The position numbers and the translations under genes were made by a program. The notes beneath the pieces are model-generated. The model searched no databases and was not told the origin of the DNA. It was given only the letters and a program-made list of their open reading frames with translations. This document shows positions 16,981 through 26,780 of a stretch of 64,000 nucleotides of DNA, in pieces. The first letter of the stretch is position 1. The number at the start of each line of letters is the position of its first letter. The DNA is from Planctomycetota bacterium (lineage in GTDB: Bacteria; Planctomycetota; UBA1135; UBA2386): contig CBFIIO010000004.1 in NCBI GenBank assembly GCA_965662465.1, forward strand, positions 67,500 through 131,499, given 5' to 3'.

Positions 16981-17865
16981 ATGCAAGTCCGTTGGATCCT
17001 CGGAATTGGTTGCGCCCTTCTCAGCTCTTGCCAAACCACTAGCCATACGCCGCCAAAGCAACTCACCCCCCCTTCAGGCTTGGTCTATAAGAGGTTTGGC
17101 GATTTAGAGTTGCGCCTAATTCCATTCTATCCAAAAGGCCATCGCGCCAGCGATGCACGGCCAGCTGCGGTCCTATTCTTCGGCGGCGGATGGAACGGTG
17201 GCAAGCTCGACCAATTCGAACCACAAGCGCGCTACCTCGCATCAAGGGGCATGGTGGGCTTTCTTGCCGACTATCGCGTCAAGAGCCGCCATGCAACAAC
17301 ACCCTTTGCGTGTGTTGCAGACGGCAAGAGTGCCGTGCGTTGGATTAGAAAAAACGCTGATCGACTAGGCGTAGATCCCGACCGCATCGCCGCAGGTGGC
17401 GGTTCAGCAGGCGGCCATGTCGCAGCAACAACCGGTGTAATCAGCGGGCTCGAAGAGCCTGGCGAGGACACGTCGACAAGCAGTAGCGCCAATGCCTTGC
17501 TGCTGTTCAATCCGGTCATAGACAATGGCCCGGGTGGCTGGGGACATGCGCGCGTCAAAGATCGATACCTTGAGATCTCCCCGATTCACAACATCTCGGC
17601 AGGCGCTCCACCAACGATCCTATTCCTTGGCCGCAACGACAAATTGATCCCAGCAGAAACTGCCCAGAAGTATCGCGACCAAATGCAAGCAGTAGGAAGC
17701 CGCTGCGATCTACACCTCTACGACGGCCAAGGTCACGGCTTCTTTAATCAGTCACGCAATGCGCAGCACTTCTATCTAACCGTCTTTGAGATGGACCGCT
17801 TCCTGTCGTCGCTCGGCTGGCTGCAAGGCGAACCGACGATTGTGAAGCCCAAGACGCCACGCTGA
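16981..17865 (+). CDS. alpha/beta hydrolase (esterase/lipase type)
   Basis: 294 aa with a signal/lipoprotein-like N-terminus (GCALLSSC). It has the oxyanion-type FFGGGW, the nucleophile elbow GGGSAGG, and a C-terminal GQGHGF. Confidence 0.8.
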   Translation: MQVRWILGIGCALLSSCQTTSHTPPKQLTPPSGLVYKRFGDLELRLIPFYPKGHRASDARPAAVLFFGGGWNGGKLDQFEPQARYLASRGMVGFLADYRVKSRHATTPFACVADGKSAVRWIRKNADRLGVDPDRIAAGGGSAGGHVAATTGVISGLEEPGEDTSTSSSANALLLFNPVIDNGPGGWGHARVKDRYLEISPIHNISAGAPPTILFLGRNDKLIPAETAQKYRDQMQAVGSRCDLHLYDGQGHGFFNQSRNAQHFYLTVFEMDRFLSSLGWLQGEPTIVKPKTPR

Positions 17866-17919
17866 ATGCCTTGACACAAGGGCATCTACTACATCCTCCC
17901 AGACTGATCCTTTACCTAG

Positions 17920-18651
17920 ATGCAGCACTCCATTGAGCCTGTAGGCGAGACACCGATTCGATCGACAGTGGGCCGCAAGCTACTTGGGTCGATCATTCGC
18001 GGACTAGTAGGCGTCGTTGTGTTTGGCTGCCTATACCTGCTTGCAGCATGGATTCTCGGCATGATCAAGGTGAACGGTGACTACCAAGCCGCCAAGACTG
18101 GTGTCGACATCATGATCTCGTCAAATGGGGTCCATATCGACTTCTACCTACCGACCAACACGGATGCGATAAACTGGCAGAACTTTGCGCCATTAGAAGC
18201 CCCTAATGACTACATGCGCGATGCCCGCTACACCCAGATCGGCTGGGGTGACCGCGGCTTCTTTATCGACACACCAACATGGCAAGATTTGACGCTTGGC
18301 ACAGCCCTAAACGCCGTCTTCTTACCGACACCGTCGGTAATGCACATCTACTACTGGCATCAGCTACCGATCACCGGCGCGCGCACCGCAAAACTTCGAC
18401 TTAGCACCGAAGAATACAAGCTCCTCGTTATGCAGGTTAAGAACGGGTTTGCTCGGGATCCAAGCAATCAACCGATCCTGATCCCCAATGCTAGCTACTC
18501 ATTAGACGACGTGTTCTATCAGGGTGCAGGTAGCTATCACCTCTTCCACACATGCAATAATTGGGCAAGCAATGCACTCGCTAGAACAGGCGTTACAAGC
18601 CCTCTGTGGTCGCCATTTGACTGGGCAATCTTTGACCACCTACCCAAATAG
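17920..18651 (+). CDS. DUF2459 / TIGR02117 family protein
   Basis: 243 aa with an N-terminal TM segment. Motifs seen: SNGVHIDFYLP, GWGDRGFF, YHLFHTCNNWASNAL. Confidence 0.7.
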   Translation: MQHSIEPVGETPIRSTVGRKLLGSIIRGLVGVVVFGCLYLLAAWILGMIKVNGDYQAAKTGVDIMISSNGVHIDFYLPTNTDAINWQNFAPLEAPNDYMRDARYTQIGWGDRGFFIDTPTWQDLTLGTALNAVFLPTPSVMHIYYWHQLPITGARTAKLRLSTEEYKLLVMQVKNGFARDPSNQPILIPNASYSLDDVFYQGAGSYHLFHTCNNWASNALARTGVTSPLWSPFDWAIFDHLPK

Positions 18652-18687
18652 GTGACCTTTCCAACACCAGCCAGCGCGCCATGCAGG

Positions 18688-20184
18688 TCACGCCAATATC
18701 TGACGCACAACACGCGACTGCTCTACCCCAGTCAACCGAACATCGAGCCCCTGAAACGGGACCGATAAACGCTGATGGTCAATGCCTAGTAGATGCAGCA
18801 TCGTGGCGTGCAAGTCCCGGACATTGACGACATCCTCAACGGCGCTGTAGCCAAAGTCGTCGGTCGAGCCATGACTGACACCGCCCCTGATGCCACCGCC
18901 CGCCATGAACATGGAAAAGCCTTTGATGTGATGATCGCGGCCGGGATCCGAACCACCGCCCTGAGACATGGGGGTTCGCCCGAACTCACCGCCCCAAACG
19001 ACCAGCGTATCTTCAAGCAACCCGCGACGCTTAAGGTCCAGAATCAAAGCTGCCGTCGGACGGTCGCATGCCTGACCGCAAATATTCATGTATTTACGAA
19101 CACCATCATGATGGTCCCAACCACGGTGATACAGCTGAATGAAGCGCACACCACGTTCAGCAAGTCGACGCGCCAGCAGACAATTGCTGGCATACGAACC
19201 ATCCCCTGGCGTCGCTCCATACATGGCTAGCGTTTCCGGCGACTCGCTAGAGACATCCATAAGTTCTGGGACGGACAGCTGCATGCGCGCAGCAAGTTCG
19301 TATTGGGCGATGCGTGAGCTGATTTCGGGGTCATGCACCTGGCCCATGCGCAAACCATTGAGCCGATTGACTGTGTCCACTAGACCTTGCTGACGTGCAC
19401 GCGTGATGCCAGCTGGGTTGCTCACGTAGTGAACAGCATCTCCCTTCGCATGAAACTCGACACCAGAATGGCGACTCGGTAGAAAGCCGCTCGACCACTG
19501 ACGGGCTGCAATTGGCTGCGGGCTGCGCCCGCGCGAGCTTGTCAGCACCACGAATCCCGGCAGATCCTCATTAAGCGAGCCTAGACCATAGTTGACCCAC
19601 GAACCCATGCTCGGCCTACCCGAGATGATCGAACCTGTGTTCATGAACGTGTGGGCGGGATCGTGGTTGATCTGATCCGTCACCATCGAACGAACGATTG
19701 CGATATCATCAGCAAGGGTGCCAATGTGCGGCAAGAAGCTAGAGATCACTTGACCACTCTGCCCGTAGCGCGCAAAGGTCGCTCGAGACCCGAGACACTT
19801 CAATGGTTTACCCTGCAGCTGAGCTATGGGCATACCATTGGTAATCGACTCAGGCATAGGCTGGCCATCAAGCCGTGCCAGCGTTGGCTTTTCGTCAAAT
19901 GTCTCCAGGTGGCTAGGCCCCCCCGCCATACACAGGAAAATCACACGGCGCGCTTTTGCAGCGTGGTGACGTGGCGACACCGTGCCATTGTCATCACTTG
20001 TGGGAGGCTGCAAGTGCTTCGGCAACATGCTGTGTAATGCCATCGCACCAACGCCAAGCGACATGCGACCCAGGGCGTGACGACGACTCAGACCTACGAC
20101 TTGTTGATTTGCTTTAGCCACGGGTGATCGTCTCGTGCAGGTTAAGGATGGTGCGAGCAAGTTCGGTCCATGCAGCGTGCTCAA
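18688..20184 (-). CDS. DUF1501 domain protein (sulfatase/alkaline-phosphatase-like) with Tat signal
   Basis: The twin-arginine motif is SRRHALGRMSLGVGAMAL. The body is typical of DUF1501 (FLCMAGGPSHLETFD, GRDHH). ATG 20184 overlaps the upstream gene by 71 nt. An in-frame GTG at 20121 would give an 8-nt overlap instead. Confidence 0.85.
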   Translation of the reverse strand: MSTLHGPNLLAPSLTCTRRSPVAKANQQVVGLSRRHALGRMSLGVGAMALHSMLPKHLQPPTSDDNGTVSPRHHAAKARRVIFLCMAGGPSHLETFDEKPTLARLDGQPMPESITNGMPIAQLQGKPLKCLGSRATFARYGQSGQVISSFLPHIGTLADDIAIVRSMVTDQINHDPAHTFMNTGSIISGRPSMGSWVNYGLGSLNEDLPGFVVLTSSRGRSPQPIAARQWSSGFLPSRHSGVEFHAKGDAVHYVSNPAGITRARQQGLVDTVNRLNGLRMGQVHDPEISSRIAQYELAARMQLSVPELMDVSSESPETLAMYGATPGDGSYASNCLLARRLAERGVRFIQLYHRGWDHHDGVRKYMNICGQACDRPTAALILDLKRRGLLEDTLVVWGGEFGRTPMSQGGGSDPGRDHHIKGFSMFMAGGGIRGGVSHGSTDDFGYSAVEDVVNVRDLHATMLHLLGIDHQRLSVPFQGLDVRLTGVEQSRVVRQILA

Positions 20185-23143
20185 CTACGTTGATCCGATC
20201 GTCACGCCTTGCGGAACCAACCTGGAGTAACTGCTTGGCAGCCGTCGGATTTTGCTGAAAGTGATCCCGGGCGCCGTGCAGAAATGTGGTCAGCACTGCG
20301 AGCTCGTCAGCACGTGGTGTCCGAGCTGTCGCGCGACGAAAGGCAAGCACCAAACGGTCTTCATCATCTCCCGCAGACCCCAGAATGTGCTGGGCAAACA
20401 TACGTGACGCTTCGACAAACACCGGGTCATTCAACAACGTCAACGCGGCAGTTGGCGTATTAGAGACTGGCCGCGCCGTCACACACTCTTCGCGGGTCGG
20501 CGCATCGAATGCCCGCAACATGGGATGCAAAAACTGACGTTGCCAATGCACATAGACACCACGCCGCCACTGACGCCCATCATCGTCCGCCCTATATTTG
20601 CGCATCGGAAAATTGAGATGGCGAAAGTAGCCCCTTGGCTGCTGTGGCTTGACACTTGGCCCGCCAACCTCAGTCACCAATAAGCCGGCCAGAGACAACG
20701 CTGTGTCACGAATCATCTCTGCTGGCCAGCGATGCCTTGATTGGCGTGCAAACCACTCATTGAACGGATCCGCTGCCAAAGCCTTGGGTGATCCTGAAGA
20801 TGACATGCGGTAGGCATGCGAGAGCACGATCTTCTTGATCAGTGCCTTCACATCCCATCCAGAATCTACGAAATGCAAAGCCAAGTAATCCAACAACTCC
20901 GGATGGTTTGGCGGCCGCCCCTGGCCGCCGAAGTCTTCCGTCGATGGACAAAGGCCAACGCCAAAGAGCATCGCCCAGATGCGGTTCACAAAAACACGCG
21001 ATGTCCGCAAACCGTGCCCGTCGCGATCAACCAACCATCTAGCTAGATCAAGCCGTGTTGCACGATCATCAGTCTCAAGTGTCCCAAAGAAACTCGGAAT
21101 CGCTGGTGAAACTACTTCGCCAGAGTTGTCGAGCCAGTTTCCTCGGGGACGAACACGCACCTCCCGCGGCGACGCTAATGCCCGCGTGTACATCGTCATT
21201 GGCTGCTTAGCCAAAAGCTGTTCACGTTCGAGACGTAAACCAGAAAGTCGTCGCTCGACTGCCTGGACGTCTTCATCGGTTGCGCGGTGGAAAGCAGCAA
21301 TCGTTTGCAACTCGGCGGCACTAGGCGAAGCCACTGATAGCGCTTTTGCCAGTGCCCTCGGCATAGAAGAAACACGATGCCCAGATCGGTCCCAATGCAC
21401 CGTGCCACCAAACTGCGTGAAGGCAACGCCATCGATCACATCACCTAACTCAAAGCCAAACTGATCGAGTTCGACTTCGAGACTTACCCAAACGCCTTTT
21501 CTGGGCAAGTCACCAAGTCTTTGGTAGCCATTCCAAGACTGTGCTTTGCGGCCATAAGAGATTTCATCGCTTCCCCAAACGGCCCGCTGCTCCCAACCAC
21601 CGCCGGCCTGATGGAATTGCAGCATCAACGCCCGAGTAGAATTTTCGGGTTCGAGATATACCCACGCAAAGAAGCTGTGGCCCGGTTGGACGTGGATCTT
21701 CTGCCGCGTTGTGTCAACGCTATAGTGCTGAACGAGTGCTTGTGAAAGCTGCGTGCGATACGCCTCTCCTGAATGCGGGGTAACAGCCTCGTTGCGCCCA
21801 AAGGTCCAATTTCCACTCAGACTACCGCCAGTCTTTACCTCATCATCGATCCAAGTTTGCTCAGTCACCTGAGGATTCGCGAGTCCGACACGCCGATCGT
21901 TTAGCCAAGCTGCTCGCCGCATTGGCAACCCAGCAATAGCATCGACAAGCTCGGCCTCGGCCTTGGTGATCGCAGAATCAATCTGGGCTCTACGCTGGTT
22001 TGCTTCAGGCAAGACCACACGCATTTCGGGCACGCGACGAGTCGGATCTGAGTTCAATCCACCATACGGATTGCGTAGGTGCTCTTCGTCGTCGACATCC
22101 GCAAAGAAAGCCCCTAGCGAATAGAAGTCGCGACTCGTGTATGGGTCAAACTTATGATCGTGACATTGAGCGCAACCAACAGTCGCCCCCATCCAAACAG
22201 AGCTGACATTACGAACGCGATCGGCAAGGTAAATCTCACGATACTCACCGAGCTGTAAGCCACCTTCGTGCGAGGTCTGCAACAAGCGATTATAGGTCGT
22301 TGCGACAAGCTGGTCTTGAGTCGGTTGCGACAACAAGTCACCTGCCAGCTGTTCGATCGTAAACTGATCAAACGACAAGTTGCGGTTGAATGCCGCAATC
22401 ACGTAGTCGCGATAAGGCCAGACGCGATGCCCTTGATCACCGTGATAGCCAACCGTGTCCGCATACCTAACCAAATCGAGCCACATCATGGCCATGCGTT
22501 CGCCGAAGTGTGGGCTAGCGAGTAGGCGGTCCACTGCATCAGAGGCATCGGGCAGGGCAATGAAAGCATCCAATGCCTCTAATTCGGGCGGCAGTCCAGT
22601 CAGGTCATAGCTCAAGCGGCGCAACAACGTCGCAGCATCGGCATCGTCAGCCTGCGTCAAACCGTTGACGCGATGCTGACCTAAAAGAAACTGATCGATC
22701 ACATCTTGCGCCCAGTCATCACGGCCAGTGAGGATGGGGAAGTCGGCGAGGACCGGATCTACAAAAGCCCAATGCGGCGCGTAGCTCGCGCCAGCATCAA
22801 TCCACTCCCTAATGACTGCGACCTGCTGATCACTCAACGCGTTGTGCGCCTGACGAGGCGGCATCGGATCTTCCATATCCACAATGCGCTGCCACAACTG
22901 ACTCTCCCTAAAGTCACCAGGCGCAATGACAGCGAGTGCAGTTTCACGCACGCTCAGGTCAAGATCTGCTTCGCGCGCCTGCTCATCTGGTCCATGACAA
23001 GCAAAGCAGTGCTGCGAGAGAATCGGTCGCACATCGCGCACAAAATCGACGGACTGCTGCGCAGAAATGACACAACTGACTGTCAACAGCCAGCAGACTG
23101 CAATCAAGCGGGTTGCCTTGCTCATAGTGTCATCAGCCTTCAT
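20114..23143 (-). CDS. PSCyt1/PSCyt2(DUF1549)/PSD1(DUF1553) planctomycete cytochrome-motif protein
   Basis: 1009 aa with a signal peptide. It has two CxxCH motifs (HCFACHGPDEQAREADLDL and VGCAQCHDHKFDP). An alternative ATG is at 23125. Confidence 0.85.
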   Translation of the reverse strand: MKADDTMSKATRLIAVCWLLTVSCVISAQQSVDFVRDVRPILSQHCFACHGPDEQAREADLDLSVRETALAVIAPGDFRESQLWQRIVDMEDPMPPRQAHNALSDQQVAVIREWIDAGASYAPHWAFVDPVLADFPILTGRDDWAQDVIDQFLLGQHRVNGLTQADDADAATLLRRLSYDLTGLPPELEALDAFIALPDASDAVDRLLASPHFGERMAMMWLDLVRYADTVGYHGDQGHRVWPYRDYVIAAFNRNLSFDQFTIEQLAGDLLSQPTQDQLVATTYNRLLQTSHEGGLQLGEYREIYLADRVRNVSSVWMGATVGCAQCHDHKFDPYTSRDFYSLGAFFADVDDEEHLRNPYGGLNSDPTRRVPEMRVVLPEANQRRAQIDSAITKAEAELVDAIAGLPMRRAAWLNDRRVGLANPQVTEQTWIDDEVKTGGSLSGNWTFGRNEAVTPHSGEAYRTQLSQALVQHYSVDTTRQKIHVQPGHSFFAWVYLEPENSTRALMLQFHQAGGGWEQRAVWGSDEISYGRKAQSWNGYQRLGDLPRKGVWVSLEVELDQFGFELGDVIDGVAFTQFGGTVHWDRSGHRVSSMPRALAKALSVASPSAAELQTIAAFHRATDEDVQAVERRLSGLRLEREQLLAKQPMTMYTRALASPREVRVRPRGNWLDNSGEVVSPAIPSFFGTLETDDRATRLDLARWLVDRDGHGLRTSRVFVNRIWAMLFGVGLCPSTEDFGGQGRPPNHPELLDYLALHFVDSGWDVKALIKKIVLSHAYRMSSSGSPKALAADPFNEWFARQSRHRWPAEMIRDTALSLAGLLVTEVGGPSVKPQQPRGYFRHLNFPMRKYRADDDGRQWRRGVYVHWQRQFLHPMLRAFDAPTREECVTARPVSNTPTAALTLLNDPVFVEASRMFAQHILGSAGDDEDRLVLAFRRATARTPRADELAVLTTFLHGARDHFQQNPTAAKQLLQVGSARRDDRINVVEHAAWTELARTILNLHETITRG

Positions 23144-23476
23144 ATCGAGCCATTATCATACCGACGACTTCGGTTGAACGGCTCAGATCCGCCAGCGTTT
23201 GCCGATTGCCACAGATATTGACAAGCAACTGACACCAGCTGAACAGCAAGTCCAAAGCCCGACCAAGCATGTACGGTATCCGGCGCCTGCGACTGCTGCT
23301 CTAAAAAGGCTCAACATGCCGATCACAGCGAACATTCCGCCTCTCGCAAGAACGCGTCATGACTAGCCGCTGACTGATGCAACGGAATGACTGCCAGGTA
23401 TCGTCAACCACTCACTGCGGACCGCCGAAAATTAGGCGCGCTTGCATTCGCCGCACGTTCTCCGGATGGTCTCGGC

Positions 23477-23920
23477 ATGCGAGTTTGCCCCACCAAATGT
23501 CTGCGTAGCTCCTTTGCCCTGGCTTGCCTGTTATTCGCGCTGCCATCGTGTGGCAGTAAGCAGGCGGTAGACTGGAGAAACCGAGACGTCGCTTGGAAGT
23601 TCGGGCCAACAACCGGAGCAGCTCGCTCAGAGCATCTGACTGCGACAGGCAATAAAGGCTCCAAGCCTCTCGCTCAGGGCTGGAATTGCCGACTTGTCGA
23701 CGGCAAAACCCTGACAGTTAAGCCCTATAAGCTCGCCACCAATCACGCGCTGTTTGGCAAGACGATCATGAGGATCGGCCTATTCAACAAAGCCAGCGAG
23801 CGCCTCGGAACCGTCAGCTCTGAGGTCATCACTGCCGACAACGCATCCTTTTCATTCGATATCCCGGCAGAGCATGGCAAGCCCCTCTGGGACCTGATCA
23901 TTTGGTTCCGGAAGCCCTGA
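23477..23920 (+). CDS. hypothetical lipoprotein
   Basis: Trimmed to ATG 23477. The lipobox-like sequence is LFALPSCGSKQ. No family recognised. Confidence 0.5.
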   Translation: MRVCPTKCLRSSFALACLLFALPSCGSKQAVDWRNRDVAWKFGPTTGAARSEHLTATGNKGSKPLAQGWNCRLVDGKTLTVKPYKLATNHALFGKTIMRIGLFNKASERLGTVSSEVITADNASFSFDIPAEHGKPLWDLIIWFRKP

Positions 23921-24240
23921 GTCGCTGAATACGCTCTGAGCGAATCGACCGGGCGTAAGCATTCCGCCCACCATGGCACCATCGATTCTCACTATCCGCC
24001 GTCGACAGCGACGGCCCGCGCGCCAGGATCAACAAAACCTAAGACACTGTGGACAAAGGTATAATGACCCCCAGGAAACTGTTGGCAGACTTAGAGCTAG
24101 CCCGTGGAAGGGCTCTTGCCCGGACACGAATCGATGCAACAGACATGACCAGAACCCCACGCTAAGGTCATCTGGCGCCCGCAAGACTTTTTGAACGACT
24201 CAACAATCCCGAGACTGCGTCGGCAACAATAGAACACGAT

Positions 24241-25254
24241 ATGACACGACTCTCCCTACCCGTTATCGCCCTACTGTCCCTATCCCTTCCGGTCATCGCC
24301 CAAGGGGAATCTCACAACCTTGCGACCACCGCCAAGGCTGACACGACCGTCTGGTTTGTCCAAACCGAAAAGAACAGCCAAACAATCGACATGGCTGGCC
24401 AGATGATGGAGACAGGACAAACCGTCAACCGCACATTCTCCGTTTCAATCAAGTCTGTTGGCGACGACGGCATGCGGACCGTGGAGTTCGAAGCAGTTCG
24501 AGTTCACGGCATCATGAGCCTGCCAATGATGGGCGAAATGGAATTCGATTCGGCAAACCCTGTCGACAACGATGATTTCGACGGCGGCATGATGGGTATC
24601 GACGTTGGTCAAATGACCGAAGCCCTAACCGATGTGGTAGGGCACAAGTTTACCGTCAAGATCGACAGCTTTGGGCGTGCGAAGGGTATGCCAAAGCTGG
24701 TGCAAACTGAGGATGAGCAGAAGGACGCCGCACCTAGCGTTGCAGATCAAGCCAAGGTCTTGATCGAAGCAGCGTTCGGCCAGCGCCCAGAAAAAGATAT
24801 GGCCATCGGCGACAAGTGGGCATTTTCAGATGTTGCCGGCAGCAACAAACTCGCGATGAATAACAAGATCGAAGCCACTCTTGTCAAAGTCGATGCCGAC
24901 AGCTTCGAAACCAAGCTCTCCGGCAGTATCGAGAAGGGCGCGGATGCCGCGGATGCCATCGGAGATGAGGATGAATCCGAAGAAGCAGCCATGGCAGCCG
25001 AAATGATCGCCGGCATGGAAGTCAGCAACGGCAAGGTCGTCGGCGGACAGATGCTTTCCCGCAAGGACGGACTCGTGACCTCCTCAACGCTGAAAGCAAC
25101 CGCCGACGTTACGATGGAAACACAAATGGGCGACATGATGATGACTACGCTCGCCACCAAAGTCCTTAAGCGCACGACCAAGGAAAAGGCCATGCCGAAG
25201 CCGAAGGCCGAGGCAAAGTCCGAGCCGAAGTCCGAGCCGAAGTCCGGCAAGTAA
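24241..25254 (+). CDS. secreted Met-rich hypothetical protein
   Basis: 337 aa with a signal peptide ending VIAQG. It has multiple MM/MxxM clusters. The Lys/Pro/Glu tail KPKAEAKSEPKSEPKSGK is encoded by a 12-bp repeat (25216-25247). Confidence 0.6.
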   Translation: MTRLSLPVIALLSLSLPVIAQGESHNLATTAKADTTVWFVQTEKNSQTIDMAGQMMETGQTVNRTFSVSIKSVGDDGMRTVEFEAVRVHGIMSLPMMGEMEFDSANPVDNDDFDGGMMGIDVGQMTEALTDVVGHKFTVKIDSFGRAKGMPKLVQTEDEQKDAAPSVADQAKVLIEAAFGQRPEKDMAIGDKWAFSDVAGSNKLAMNNKIEATLVKVDADSFETKLSGSIEKGADAADAIGDEDESEEAAMAAEMIAGMEVSNGKVVGGQMLSRKDGLVTSSTLKATADVTMETQMGDMMMTTLATKVLKRTTKEKAMPKPKAEAKSEPKSEPKSGK

Positions 25255-25262
25255 TCGCTGCG

Positions 25263-25279
25263 AGCACCCCTTGGGTGCT
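25263..25279 (+). terminator. hairpin AGCACCC-CTT-GGGTGCT just after the stop codon (possible terminator, no U-tract)
   Basis: A 7-bp perfect stem 9 nt after TAA (25252-25254). A second hairpin GGCGTTG-N8-CAACGCC follows at 25295-25316. Confidence 0.3.
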
Positions 25280-25314
25280 ATCGCAACCGCGGTCGGCGTT
25301 GGACCAGATCAACG

Positions 25315-25359
25315 CCAGCAGCCGTCAATCCAGCAGCCGTCAATCCAGTAGCCCTCAAT
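25315..25359. repeat. 3 x 15-bp tandem repeat in a convergent spacer
   Basis: The three units are CCAGCAGCCGTCAAT, CCAGCAGCCGTCAAT and CCAGTAGCCCTCAAT. They lie between the stop at 25254 (plus gene) and the stop at 25370 (minus gene). Confidence 0.9.
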
Positions 25360-25369
25360 GACGAGCGGC

Positions 25370-26767
25370 TCAGACCTCGGCAATCACGCCGGTGCTGCCA
25401 GCGAATGACTCGGTCTTCACGCCAAGTCGCTGCAGCATCGTCACGAACAGATTAGCCAGAGGTTGATCCTCGTGGGTGAACTCACGCTGCCACGGCTCGC
25501 GACCACCTTCCCACGAGCCACCAAATGCATTCTTGCCAATGTAGTTCAGGAATTGCCCGTGCTTGAATCCCATGCTTTTGCCACCGAGCAAGATCAAAGG
25601 GTAATTACGCGACAAGTGGAATGCGCTGGAAGCAGATCCGAACAGCACCAAGGTGTTGTCTAGCATGCTGCCATCGGCACCAGCTTCAGGCGTCGCCTTT
25701 AGCTTGCTAGCGAATCTTCCGAGCTCCTCTGTTAGGAACCGGCAATAGATGCCAAAGTTCTTCCAGCCACCTGGCTTCTTCGTCTCGTGCGAGAGTTGAT
25801 GAGCCAACGGAAACCCAACAGATCTTGCTAGGTGATCGCTGATGCCAACGCCGTTCTCTCGGCCGATTTGGTAAGTCGCAACCCGCGTCGAATCCGTCCG
25901 GAATGCGAGATACATCAGATCAAGCATCGCCTGGATGTAAGCCCTCGAATCATCAGGTGTCACATCTAACTTTAAGTCATCGACAGCAACAGTAGGTAAC
26001 GGGATGCCAGCCCACTGCTTAGCCTTCTCTACCTTGAGTTCCGTCTCACGAACGGAGTCGAGATACTCATCAAGCGATTGCTGGTCGTGCCCGGACAGTT
26101 TCGCACGCAAACTACGGGCGTCGCCGAGTAATTCGTCCAGCGCGCTTTCACTCATAGCCAGACGCTTGGCGGCATCGCCGTCGCTCTTTACGAACAGCGC
26201 GTCGAAGATCTTCTTCGGACGGTGCGCCGCTGGAATCGCACGACCATTGCGGTCAAAAGACAACGTGTGAGCCCCCCGAGGAGTCCCAGTGCCGCCATCA
26301 GTAGACATGACCAGCGACGCGTAGCGTGTCTGGTCACCAACGTGGGCGGCAAACTCTTGATCAAGCGAGATGGTGTTTTTATAGCCCTGCTTCGCACCAG
26401 TATCGGCCCCGGTTAAGAACTGATCAGCGTTTGAGTGACCGTGCACAGCACGCACAGCAGGATGTGACAAACCAGAAAGCACCGTCAAGTCTTGGCGCAA
26501 CGGCTCAAGCAACTCGAGACACTTTGTGAACTTGAAGTCTTTGCCGCCACCGTGAGGGAACCATGACCAATCCTGATACGCAGGGTCCGCAGGCAAAGGC
26601 ATCGGGACGCCGTCGGGCCAATAGACACAGGCAAAGCGCTTACGCTCAACACGTGGCTGCAAGCCACCAACTGTTCCGGCAAATGACTCAAGCCATGGAA
26701 GCGCAAGAGCAACAGCCGATCCCCGCAGGAACTTCCGTCGATCTAGGGATGCAATGTCGATCTTCAT
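25370..26767 (-). CDS. DUF1552 domain protein with Tat signal
   Basis: Trimmed to ATG 26767, 14 nt after the upstream stop. The twin-arginine motif is LDRRKFLRGSAVALALPWL. Confidence 0.85.
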   Translation of the reverse strand: MKIDIASLDRRKFLRGSAVALALPWLESFAGTVGGLQPRVERKRFACVYWPDGVPMPLPADPAYQDWSWFPHGGGKDFKFTKCLELLEPLRQDLTVLSGLSHPAVRAVHGHSNADQFLTGADTGAKQGYKNTISLDQEFAAHVGDQTRYASLVMSTDGGTGTPRGAHTLSFDRNGRAIPAAHRPKKIFDALFVKSDGDAAKRLAMSESALDELLGDARSLRAKLSGHDQQSLDEYLDSVRETELKVEKAKQWAGIPLPTVAVDDLKLDVTPDDSRAYIQAMLDLMYLAFRTDSTRVATYQIGRENGVGISDHLARSVGFPLAHQLSHETKKPGGWKNFGIYCRFLTEELGRFASKLKATPEAGADGSMLDNTLVLFGSASSAFHLSRNYPLILLGGKSMGFKHGQFLNYIGKNAFGGSWEGGREPWQREFTHEDQPLANLFVTMLQRLGVKTESFAGSTGVIAEV

Positions 26768-26780
26768 GACACTCGTAATC

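Noticed and set aside
20114-20184. 71-nt overlap of the PSD1 and DUF1501 ORFs as a sign of frameshift or pseudogene
   Set aside because: Both proteins look full length. An in-frame GTG at 20121, still upstream of the Tat motif, reduces the overlap to 8 nt. This is ordinary translational coupling.
24747-25250. 167-aa minus-strand ORF antisense to the Met-rich protein gene
   Set aside because: It is a shadow ORF of the plus-strand gene, which has a signal peptide. Its composition is repetitive and Ser/Ala-rich, and no family is recognised.
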